NCBI RefSeq assembly: GCF_001194135.2
Contig: NC_068981.1
Span: 36,456,758 to 36,488,861 of the forward strand
Direction: 5' to 3'
DNA length: 32,104 nt
Origin: Octopus bimaculoides
Taxonomy: Eukaryota
Shown here in pieces: positions 11,203 to 21,680 of the stretch. The first letter of the stretch is position 1. Each line of letters begins with the position of its first letter. Position numbers and translations under genes: made by a program. Under the pieces are notes generated by a model. That model worked only from the letters and a program-made list of their open reading frames with translations. It was not told where the DNA came from and made no database searches.

Positions 11203-11452
11203 AAAAACACAAAGTCCAGTAATATTAGTGCTCATTATTGCCTTTAGGAATAGATAAACCTATTCACAAGTAATACAAACTGTCATTCAAGAATGCTTTT
11301 AGCTGTAAAGTGTAATCATCATTAAGTTATTAAATTACCGCTGATGCGCATATCACAGTTTGTCTTGCCTGCTATAGTATCGCAAATACTTTTCTTACAA
11401 CTATACCCATACCTGCAAATTTTTGTTATTATTTCTTGCAATACTTTTGTAC

Positions 11453-11454
<2 letters not shown>

Positions 11455-11494
<40 letters not shown>

Positions 11495-11770
11495 TGTATG
11501 TGCATGTGTGTGTGTGTGAGAGAGAGAGAGTAAGTGCATATTTGTGAGTGTTTATCTCTCCTTGTCTTCACTTTGTTTGACAGTTGTGTGTGTCACCATT
11601 ATACCGTCAGTCACATTTGTTGCAGTCTTCCATAGAAATGTATCTGGCCAAGGGGAAATATTACTCCTCTTGGAAACAGATGGGGATTGGATACCAACTA
11701 TAGAAAATCTGCCTCAATGAATTTCATCTGACCAAAGTAAGCATGGAAAAGGATGTTAAAACGACGATGG
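11455..11770 (+). mobile_element. SINE family B, central (GT)n/(GA)n plus 3' half
   Basis: ctccttgtctt..ctggccaagggg..ttggaaacag..aaaatctgcctcaatgaatt..aagcatggaaaag..ttaaaacgacgatg is homologous to 8550-8800 and 11800-12050. Confidence 0.7.
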
Positions 11771-11799
11771 TAGATTCTCACATAGTATGTGTGTAACCT

Positions 11800-12205
11800 C
11801 ATCAGCATCATTGTTTTAATGTCTGCTTTTCCATTACTTGCTTAGATCATACAAAATTCATTAAGACAGATTTTTACAAATGCAAAACTTTTCCTCTCAT
11901 CAACCCTCACCTGTTTGAAGTAGGGTAATATAAAGCAACACTTTCTCTTGGCCAAATGTATTTTTACAAAAGGCTGGAAACAAATATAACTGCTTGTGTG
12001 ACAGTAACACTGTCATACAACTAGCATGTGATGTCAAGACAAGGAAATACTCACATACACACACAAACACATAAGGGGTTAAGGCTTAGTCAATCTGAGA
12101 CTCTAGCAGTGAAGCCACATACTCAAGATGCAAAGCAGCAGGATTGAACCTGAAACCATGAGGTTGGAATGCAAATATATTAACCACATATCCCTACCTG
12201 CACTT
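11800..12205 (-). mobile_element. SINE family B, diverged full-length copy
   Basis: caaccctcacctgtttg, cttggccaaatg and gacaaggaaatac are shared with the other copies. Reverse-strand head at 12110-12205 (gtgcaggtagggatatgtggttaa..ggttcaatcc). Confidence 0.7.
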
Positions 12206-12255
12206 ATATATATATAATATAGAATATACAAAATATAGCATATAGAATATAGAGC

Positions 12256-12259
<4 letters not shown>

Positions 12260-12320
<61 letters not shown>
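12260..12320. repeat. (TA)n microsatellite
   Basis: About 60 bp of perfect TA repeat. Confidence 0.95.
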
Positions 12321-12324
<4 letters not shown>

Positions 12325-12399
12325 CTGAGGGTGCATTGTAGCACCTACATTGCTAAAAATAAGAGTCAAAGACCCTTATAGCTATAAACATAGCACAAG

Positions 12400-13000
12400 T
12401 CACATCACAGAACTCTAGCAGCCTTGTTCCCTCCTCCTTTCGGGGACCAATTCTATGGTCCCCATGTACTCCAAGGAAGACACCCAGGTGCTGTCCAACA
12501 TGTCTGTTGAAATCATCAGCCACAAAGATAAGGTCGCTTTAATTCATCTTTGAGATAGCCTGCAGAAGAATGTCGCAAAAGCAGTCCTTTTGTTCATTTG
12601 GCAGACCTGGTTGGAGTCGGGGGCATAGGCAGAGATGATTGCTGCTATGCAACTTTGTAAAACTAGCCTAAGCTTGAATATCCTGTCACATACTCAATCA
12701 CCTTATTGACCCATTTCTCTGCTAGAAGTATGTCCACATCTCCTACCCTGTCACTGTTGCTCCCCCAAAAGAATTTATACCTATGCCTTCTGCCTGTGAG
12801 GAATCTGGCTGAAGATCCCCCCACCTGACTTCTTGAAAGCAGCACACTTCAACAATCTCAACAGAAATACTTTCAATGTGCCAACATTAACAGTGCCAAC
12901 TCTGAGGGCATGTATGGGGAGGCAGGAGGTAACATGAGGCAGGTAAACTACGGCTTTTGATATCTGAAAGGAAGGTTCAAAAGAGCATTTGCCAAAAGAC
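12400..13000 (-). mobile_element. RTE-clade LINE APE endonuclease fragment (frameshifted)
   Basis: Minus-strand pieces HALRVGTVNVGTLK, RYKFFWG, DILLAEKWVNKV, AIISAYAP, FVADDFNRHVG and RKEEGTRLLEFCD correspond to RTE endonuclease motifs. Confidence 0.85.
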
Positions 13001-13498
13001 AAGTCATACAGTTCTCCTTACATTTAATCTGCCCATCATTCAGATCAGACTTGCTGCCTCCACTGAGTGTGGGTGCTATACAGCATTAGTATAAAGGATG
13101 TTAGTACAAGTACAATTAATCAAATTAATTAAGTTAATTAAATAAATAAGAGTAGAGTAGTTAATTTATTATATATACTTAACTGACTAATTAACTAAGC
13201 AATAAACTGAGTAGTGCATGATCACATTTAGTTTTGTTTTCTTTGGAGCAAAGTAACAAGCTACAGCGTTTGTATTGCAGCAGTGTGGGTGATACTAGAG
13301 GGGCAAAGGAAGGGTTGCCATAAGTGGGTCCAGTACAGAAGAGAAGTTTCTGGAATAAGAAAGAGTAGGTACATCACAGATAAGCAAACATCAAAACAAG
13401 TCCAGATAGATATACATTGTGTGTGTGCGTGTATGATTGAAATGCTGCATGTATCCTGAAGTCTTATGATATTTTCACAAACATGAATGTTTTAACCA

Positions 13499-13501
<3 letters not shown>

Positions 13502-13536
<35 letters not shown>
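13502..13536. repeat. (TA)n microsatellite
   Basis: Perfect AT dinucleotide run. Confidence 0.95.
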
Positions 13537-13538
<2 letters not shown>

Positions 13539-13848
13539 AACATACATACATTTACACACACATGAATTTTCTCATCAATATGTTAAAAAACAAAAGAAAT
13601 ATTAAATTCAATCTATGTTCATGCATGAACAGCACTTGTGCCTAAGAAGTAGAAGAAAGATAAGAAAAAGAACAGGTCAGTAGCATGCATTTGTATGTGG
13701 GAGGGGGTGGGGTGGTGCACTGGCAGTGACAAGAACACTGTGATGAAATTACTAATTTCAGTTGCAGTTACCAATAAGTGAAGAATTTAAGAATGTATTT
13801 TCAATTTAACAAAATAGCAACAAAATATATTTATTTATCTTTGACATA

Positions 13849-14253
13849 GGCATAGGAGTGGCTGTGTAGTAAGTAGCTTGCTTACAAACCACATGGTTCC
13901 AGGTTCAGTCCCACTGCATGGCACCTTGGGCAAGTGTCTTCTACTATAGCCTCAGGCCACCCAAAGCTTTGTGAGTGGATTTGGTTGACAGAGACTGAAA
14001 GCCCATCGTATATATAGATATATATATATATATGTGTGTGTGTGTGTATGTTTGTGTGTCTGTGTTTATCCCCCCAACATCGCTTGACAACTGATGCTGG
14101 TGTGTTTATTTCCCCGTAACTTAGCAGTTCAGCAAAAGAGACTGAAAGAATAAGTACTAGGCTTACAAAGAATAAGTCCTGGGGTCGATTTGCTCAACTA
14201 CAGGCGGTGCTCCAGCATGGCCACAGTCAAATGACTAAAATAAGTAAAAGAGT
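13849..14253 (+). mobile_element. tRNA-derived SINE, family C, full length
   Basis: Pol III A-box-like tggctgtgtagt (13859) and B-box-like ggttcagtcc (13902), a central (TA)/(TG) tract, and a tail aataagtactaggc..ggggtcgat..ctccagcatggccacagtc. Resembles Octopus SINEs as I recall them. Confidence 0.85.
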
Positions 14254-15484
14254 ATTAGTTAAGAAATATAAGCTGAAATATTTTTTACCTTTGACACACT
14301 CATATGTTTGTATGAAGGTAGATATCGTTTTGAACCTTGATAACTCCACTCCTATAATTTTTGTAGCGTTTGTTTTATTGCTTCTCTTTTGTGACATTGT
14401 TTTACCTATCATTGCTTTATATCTATCAGAAATTTCAGTGCAGAACTATAAAACTCAAATTGCAATTTTACTTTTTACAACTACGAAATAATTTCAAAAG
14501 CAATAATCCGTCTTTTTTTCTAAACAGTTTCTTCAGTTTTTCTGCGATTTAATTTTTACTAAACATATTTATTTCCATTTCTATTTCTTTAATATAAGAA
14601 ATAAAAAAAATTCTTTCATAGTTCAGTTCAGAGATAAGGTGAAATATTTCAAAACTGAAGAACATATTGAAAAATGTGATGATTTCACATTTTTTTCACT
14701 GGATTTGCTTCATCACCCAGGAGTAATATAAGAATTTTTCTAACATGAACATTTTAAGTTACATGACATACAATTTCATGAACAAATCTTTTGAAACAAG
14801 TATGGCTGGTATTCTAACTTTTACTGTTGCCACAAGATTATGCTATGAGAAAATTTCACTACTGACTTCAGTTTAATTGAATTAAATTGTCATCATTATT
14901 TTCTAACTTCTTTCTATGCTGGCATAGATTGGACAAGTTATCACATTCCAAACCAGTTCCTATTAGGAGTCAATGCCCAGATCTAGCTCATTTGTTTTAT
15001 TTTCCCAGCATCTAACACCTACCACGTAACACATGATTAAATGCACCTATGGGGTGCATTGCATTTAATCATGGCTTCAGTATGACAAGACTAAAGGACT
15101 TTCTCACCTCTATGCTGTTAACAATAAATTTACAGAGTATATTGGGTGCTTTTTATCATAGAACTAGTACTAATGAAGTTGCCTTAATTTTGCCAGACAA
15201 AAGAGCCTTCACTGTTTTGTATTGTATCCAGTCTTTTCAGGCAATGTGACCAACAGAGTAGGTTCAAGAGGAGCAATTTCAAAATATGAATTAGTGCAAG
15301 AGAGAGATAAAGATGCAAGTTCATGAATACAGAAACGTTTTGGAAAATTCATTCTCATGATTAAAAAAATGGGGTTTATGTCGCTGAAATCTGTTAAGAA
15401 AATATAAAATTAAATGTTTTTCACTCATGATATGCCACTGTATTTGTCAATGTCAATTAAGTTCTATGAATTTTGAAACATGGA

Positions 15485-15800
15485 GGCAAAGTGTTTGAGT
15501 TCCTTTTGAGTGTTGGGCTTCACAGAGGCAATGACTGAGACCTTTGGCATTATGTCATGCTTGAGAAGAAGACCCATCAAACCAAGCAAAATTGCAGTCA
15601 TGGTAGATACTGGTGTCACACAAATGGCACCCATACCAGTGGCGTAGTGGTTGGTGTTTGGAAGGGCATCCAGCCATAGAAAACCATGCCAAATCAGACT
15701 AGTGTCTGGTGCAGCCTTCCAGCTTACCAGCCCTGGTCAAACCGTCCAACTTATGCCAGCATGGACAACAGACGTTAAATGATGATGATGATGATGATGA
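15485..15800 (+). mobile_element. SINE-like repeat with family A 3' end and (GAT)n tail
   Basis: gtggttggtgtttggaagggcatccagc..aaaccgtccaac..gcatgga..cgttaaatgatgatgat matches 5530-5685. The 5' limit is approximate. Confidence 0.75.
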
Positions 15801-15871
15801 TATTAATCTTAATCCTTATCCTTCATTGTCTTCTGTCTTTTTTCCCTTATACTTCTAAAATCAATTTTTGT

Positions 15872-16265
15872 ATTACCTCCGCCAAGGAAGGAGGTTAATT
15901 TTTCATCAGCATTGAATTGTCCGTTTGTCCGTCTGTCCATCTGTGTGCAAAATGACTCAAAAAGTTGTAAACGGTATTTAATGAAACTTGCAGGAAAAGT
16001 TGGTAATGACACAAGGAACAGATGATGAAATTTTGGTAGTGACCCATGAATTTTTATAGATTCTTGAAGGATTTTTCATTTGTTATATTTACTTTACATG
16101 AAGTATTACAATGTTATGTTCTTTGATTATATCCCTTGAAAACACGTTCATCATTTCCACTTAACCTTTGGTGGCATTGCTATTTCCAAAGTTTATTTTT
16201 GTTTCTCTATTAGTAATTCTACTCGCGTATCTATCTTAAAATGAACTGCTTGGAGGTCTGCGGAG
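15872..16265 (+). mobile_element. Non-autonomous Helentron-associated (HINE/DINE-1-like) element
   Basis: The 5' end ttacctccgccaaggaaggaggtt forms an acctcc/ggaggt hairpin. It is followed by a gtccgtctgtcc microsatellite-like tract and a degenerate inverted copy of the subterminal repeat (cttggaggtctgcg, 16249-16262). This is the known HINE architecture. Confidence 0.7.
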
Positions 16266-16268
16266 GAT

Positions 16269-16328
16269 GACATGACAAGCCTTGACTATTGGGATCGACT
16301 AAAAAATCTCAGGCTTTGCTCCCTCCAT
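16269..16328 (+). mobile_element. Short C-terminal fragment of a CR1/L2-type LINE ORF2
   Basis: MTSLDYWDRLKNLRLCSLH resembles the post-RT LxYxxRLxxLxLxSL motif. Confidence 0.55.
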
Positions 16329-16929
16329 ATATGCATGCATTTACACACACACGATGGTATTAAGCTCAATATGCCAGACAAGGTAGCAACTGCATAAACA
16401 ATACAAGTGTTTAAGATCCAGAGGAAAGACGTGATAAGAAAAAAAAATACCTGCTTAAATGTTATGCATAAATTGTGTGCAAGTAACTTGAATATGGTTC
16501 TTGAAGATCACTGTAAAACAAGCAATATAGTGATTGATGAGCAGGCTGTAATAAAAGTAATTTGGTGCACTGCCAAACAGTTCATCAATAAAGGAAGCAA
16601 AGTAGCACTTTAAGGAAGTGAAGCAGTACCACCAACAGCTACGACAATAAGGCTAGACTGGAAATTGGCAAATGATTTTTGAGGTAGGCTGGATTGGAAA
16701 TATTCTTGTCTTGAAAATCACAGCAATTAAAAAACTGAAACTATCATCACAAAAGTTGTAGAGAGTGCTTAATTTCTAAAATTACTTTGTTCATTATAGG
16801 AGCGCATATATATGTAAACTTCTATGTACTATCAATCATTAAGAACTATAAAATATTTCTTTGACAAAATATTTGAATATCAATTTGACAAAATATTGTC
16901 AAATTAGTATTCAAATTTTGTAGGTACTG

Positions 16930-18420
16930 TAATTAAAACTGACAGCTAGGTGACAATCAGTTTACATAGATTTTTAAGTGGATTTAATATACTTCCCTTT
17001 TGAAAATGTCTTTTCACATATGTAAGTTGTGCCAAATGCTAAAATCAATCCCTAAAGGAAGGATTTTAAAGAAGTGTATCCTTCTTATAAGGAGTAGTAT
17101 AAAGTCAGTCAGGTTTTTCTTTTGTACTTGTCTTTTAATGATGAGTGCAGGTCAATAACCACTTGCTGAAGATCTGATAAAAGTTTTCTGACAATACAGA
17201 CAAATGTAATTGGAAAGACTTAATGTTTATATATTTTCAAGATCTGTAAATTGCTGTTGAAACTGTAGTTTTTGACTAGTGAGAATGTTTTGAATTAATT
17301 CAAAAGAAAATGGAGAATTTGTTTCTTGATAATATTTTTTAAGACAAGTAAAATGGTTTACGTTAGTTATTATAAACTAGGAAAAAGAAAGAGTATTTTA
17401 TGTTGAAAAGCTTTCACTGGAGAGCATACATACACACTCAGAGTTGTTTTGTAATCTAGGATTGAACTTGTTATGGTGTATCATTCTGTTAACTGAGAAT
17501 GCCAATTTCCATAGTCGTTTACATGCACCATTTGCAGCTGAGCATGATTTTTTTTCTTATTAGAAAAATGGCAATCTCCATCTGAAGGAAAGCAAAATCA
17601 TGAGAAGGCATTATTGCTTGCTACTAAACCATCAGACAGTTATGTGGTACATTGAATCACTATATTTAGCTTCTGTTTATTTCAAAAATGTACAAAATTG
17701 GGATGATGTAGTGCATGTGCTTGAGTAAAATTCACTGTTGACATGACAAGTTCTATTACATGTAACAGATCTAAATGTTTTCTGCAAAATGTTTGCTAAT
17801 GAATAATGCCATGAAACACTATACATATTCCATGTTGTTACGAACTTTGTATACTTGTCCAATAAGAACTTTTCCTAAGCTACAACCCTACCATCAGTCA
17901 TAAAACACTTTAAACGCTTCCAAACTTGATTGCAATCAGCCAATGTTTTCTCTGCCTCTTTGAAAATATTGTCAACAATAATTCTATGCATTTTGATCAC
18001 TGAAGCTACCTCTCTCATTTTGAAGTTAGCTTTAATTCCCTGAATCAACAGCAACAACGTCAAATTGTCGCACATGTCTACTGATTCATCAAGGATCTGA
18101 GAAAAACCACTGAAAATCTTGTGTTTTATTGTTTAACTGATGCACAATGTTGTTGCCTATGTCTTCAACTGTATTATTTATAGTTTTTTCTTGAATAAAT
18201 CTGTTTTTTCTACTTTTTTTGCTAGACATTGTTCTTCAGTTGTTTCTATAATACAAGATTTAATTAATTCACTGACTGTAAATGGTTTTCCTATCTTAAG
18301 TTAAGAAATAAGCTACTTTCAGACTAGCTTTCATTGCAACTTCATTGCTAACATTTATCCTTATGAAAAATGACTTGTGATAAAATGCTGTTTCAAACCA
18401 TTATATTCTCATTACATAAC
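16930..18420 (-). mobile_element. Fossil hAT transposase (GTF2IRD2/SPIN-like), most of the coding region, many stops and frameshifts
   Basis: Ordered minus-strand motifs: AMKASLKVA, GKPFTVSELIKSC, FSQILDESVD, KCFMTDG, FHGIIH*QTFC, TVNF, YHITV*WFS, WKLAFS and FGTTYICEKTFS..TDCHL (dimerisation domain, 16940-17040). Confidence 0.85.
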
Positions 18421-18513
18421 TTTCTTGTTAGATAAAATGAATGCTTCAATTGATGTCTCCATTTGTTATATTCCTTTAGCAATGCAATAATTTCTCTCTA
18501 TGTCATGTACAAT

Positions 18514-18700
18514 GGGGTGGTTAATTTGCAGAATCATTACAACATAAAAGAAATGCATTTTAGTAACTGCTCTTGTTCTGAAGTTCCAAGTTCAAAACCC
18601 ATTGTTGTCAATTTTGCTTTTCATCCTTCTGGTGTTAATAAATAAGTACCTATCAAGTAATGAATTCAAGTCTTCTTTCTTACATATTTGACTATACTTT
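18514..18700 (+). mobile_element. Diverged tRNA-type SINE, family D
   Basis: ggggtggttaatttgcagaatc..aagttcaaaaccc..ttttgcttttcatccttctggtgttaataaataagtacc is a decayed version of a recurrent Octopus SINE as I recall it. Confidence 0.55.
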
Positions 18701-18862
18701 ACAGTTAGAGGATTGTAGAGTATCATAAAAAGAATGTAGAATAATTCTTTTTTCTTTTTAGTTACAAAATATTTCATCTTTCCATGGTTATTTTTAAAGA
18801 TTTGACATTTGGAGTCAACTTATTTTTGCAGTATTATGAATAGTATGAAAAATGGTCATTAA

Positions 18863-18910
18863 ATGATGATGATGATGGTGGTGGTGGTGGTGGTGGCGTG
18901 TGTGTGTATA
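18863..18910. repeat. (GAT)n(GGT)n(GT)n microsatellite
   Basis: Directly visible. Confidence 0.9.
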
Positions 18911-19163
18911 CACACCTTTCATTTAAAATTATAAAAAATCCAAACAGTACGTGTTTTTATTACAGGGGTAGTTTAAAACAGACAGAAATATATAAAGAGA
19001 AATGTAACAGGTTTCAAACTACAGAATTAATAAAAATAAGGTTTATAGAAACGTAATAGGGAATGTATAGACGTATTTTTCTCGTTTACAAAATCAATAT
19101 TGTATGTGAATTTGTGTTGATGAGATTAGCATTATCTACATATGTAATTCTGCAACTTTGTAC

Positions 19164-19249
19164 CTCATTCAGCTTCAAAATATTATTCAAGACAGCTGAA
19201 AATGTGAATGGACCATTAGCAATTCTGTTAGCCACTGCTTTTATCAATG
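19164..19249 (-). CDS. Candidate internal coding exon (86 nt, phase 1 to 0), unidentified gene
   Basis: Strong acceptor tctatttcttttcctgttacag| and donor GAG|gtacaa. Only one frame is open: ALIKAVANRIANGPFTFSAVLNNILKLNE. No homology recognised. Confidence 0.35.
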
Positions 19250-19939
19250 CTGTAACAGGAAAAGAAATAGACAGCTGCTCAAACAGCTGGGTGCCAAACG
19301 AAAGATTTTCTTGATTTTTGCTTTTAATATAGCCAATACGGACACCAAAGTGCAAGTCATTGGTTGCTTTTTATAAAATTTGGTGAAAATCTAAAAACAT
19401 CACTTGTTGCAGTGGAGGAATTTCTACACATTTAATAATGTAAAGTTTGATATGTGCTATGTATAAAACAGCATGCAGTTAAATGTTAAAGCATATTTAG
19501 TTAGAATGAATTGGGCTGATTGTAGATTTGGGGAAAATATAGCAGCAGCCAGTTCACCTGCTTTCCTCAATGAACATAGAAACATTTTTTGGTAATTCCC
19601 TTGTCTTAGAATCAATGATTCATGTGAACCATGGCAAGGCTGTGTATGAGACACTTAATCTCTGTTGCTCCAATTGTTTAGAAAGGGAAAGTACTTATTG
19701 CATAAAATCTTGCAATTGGGAAAACTTCCATTATATATCAAGTGAAGGGATTTCAATAATTTTTTGTATAAATATAAAACAATGATTTATTTGAGGTCAC
19801 TATTAAAATGAGACTTTTGCTCTGCTTTTTGATACTGAATTTCTTATTGTTTACTAACCCAAGACAGGTAAGAGAAAACAAATAATTTTAGAATACAATG
19901 CCACATATTCAATGAAGTCAGCAAGCTGGAAAAAATGTT

Positions 19940-21680
19940 GTTTGCAAATCCTTGGGTTAGACTGTAAAAAGCTATTGAGCTCTGTAGCTCACTCATGGAT
20001 ACTAGAGTTAATGTGCTTTGCTAAGGTTCCATTTGCAAAAGTCAATGTCTTCAAAAGTTGTCCACATCATGATCTACACAACTATCATTAGGAACTGAAG
20101 CAGCTATTACAGGCTCAAACAGAATTAGGTTATCAACAAGACTATTACAGAGTGACAGCCTGTCTGTACAGCTGTTCAACCTGTCAGTGAAGTCGTTATC
20201 AGGTCTTTTGAGAAAAAACCAAAACTATATGCAAATATCTACAAAGGAGAGGAAAATATGTGTCACTCATACCTTTTTTGTTGATGATCAGAAGCCCTAC
20301 TTACATACCATTTACAACACCAGGGATTAGTCATAACTTTCTTATGGAGCGATGAAATGGGATTTGGTCAGGATAAAAATTCATATTTGATGGTCAAAGA
20401 AAGTTTGAGTAAATAAGGAATATGAATATCAAATATCTATCTATCTCTCTCTCTTATCTTTAATGATGGATATTACAAATGTCTGGAATTGATGATATGT
20501 TGGTGTCATGAATAAAGCTAAAATGACAATGGATACTTAATCAGACTACAGAAACTATAGAAGTTGGAGCCTTCCACATTCACTGAGAACATATCCCATA
20601 CATGTTTGTGGTACCAGGGTTAGTACCAACAATTTGGATACTAAACTATAAAACTTGAAGAGATTTGCAACTTGGAGATCAAGATTAAGACGGTATTATG
20701 CACCACTTGTAACTTTCTACATCAACAGCAAAACTGAATGGAGGCATGTTAGACAGAGGGACAAAGGCAGAGGTATGAGGTCAGTCTAATCAGTCTTTCA
20801 GTGCTGTATTGTAATACCATTGACCAATAAAGGGAGAAAAGAGAACATCACATGAACACTCAACAAGTAATAAACATTCTGCAAATACATGAACTCATGA
20901 ATAGGTACACAGAGTTTATATCTGTTCCAAGTTAACCAAAGTTAGCTAGACTGACGTATTAAAAAAAAAAACTGAATGAAGAAAAATTCATAATATCAAC
21001 AGAAACTTATACATGGACATATATTCTGCAAACCAAAGGAAACCAACAACTTTAAAAGGAAGAGTAGCCTCTGCTGGCTCTGTGATTGAATTGTCATATC
21101 CTTTGAGGAATCATATACCTTCACTATTCAGGAAAATGATCAGTAAAAGAGGTAAAGATGCTCTAAACCTCCACATTATGATACTGTCAATTGTACCTCC
21201 ACTACCATATCAGTATGAAATATATCCTCCATCGCTTCAGCAGCTATGAAAAAATATATGCAGAGTACTTCCTTCCCATGGGACTATTGTAACACTATTT
21301 ACAATGCTATTTGCAGAAAAGATTGTCTTTTCTAGAATCATACACATTTCTAGAACCATTCATATTTTTGAAAATAAGGAATACTGGAAGAACATTCTGA
21401 TAAACACTACAACCTGCTGAAAATTAAACAAACCTGAATTTGTTCTATAGATATGCAGTGTTATAAGGTCATGCACTATTGTAGAGCTCAGATGCTCTGG
21501 GGATGTGAATGTCTTGTTTAAAGTGTGGAAAACAGAACTACTGGGGAATGTGAGACTTGTATCTTAGATACAAATTCTCAAGTGTACCAATTTTCATACA
21601 TACATTGGAATATATAACAAATTTTCATTAGAAAGAAAGCAAACTGACTTGTATCCTCCAAATTCAATCAATTAGTGACA
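19940..21680 (+). mobile_element. Fossil R4/Dong-like non-LTR retrotransposon (RT plus restriction-like endonuclease)
   Basis: LDCKKLLSSVAHSWILE (DYxKAFDSVxHSW), QSDSLSVQLFNL (20148), THTFFVDD (20280), FYINSK..KGRGMRSV, NKPEFVL..CTIVELRCSGDVN (PD..(D/E) RLE-like, 21427-21510) and YKFSSVPI. Limits are approximate. Confidence 0.8.

Noticed and set aside
10851-11547. Several ORFs rich in YI/CV/HT repeats (also 9777-10143, 12103-12369, 25508-25877)
   Set aside because: These are translations of dinucleotide microsatellites and SINEs.
13849-13925. tRNA-like sequence with A and B boxes
   Set aside because: It is a SINE head: no complete cloverleaf, and it continues into SINE body shared with other copies.
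14620-15310. Plus-strand acceptor-like sites with short open frames (FRDKVKYFKTEEH.., GNVTNRVGSRGA..*)
   Set aside because: No convincing donor or phase chain and no homology; expected by chance in AT-rich DNA.
16407-16613. ORF with HKLCASNLNMVLED resembling the hAT CxxHxLNLV motif
   Set aside because: Only a single weak motif, with no other hAT motifs nearby on that strand.
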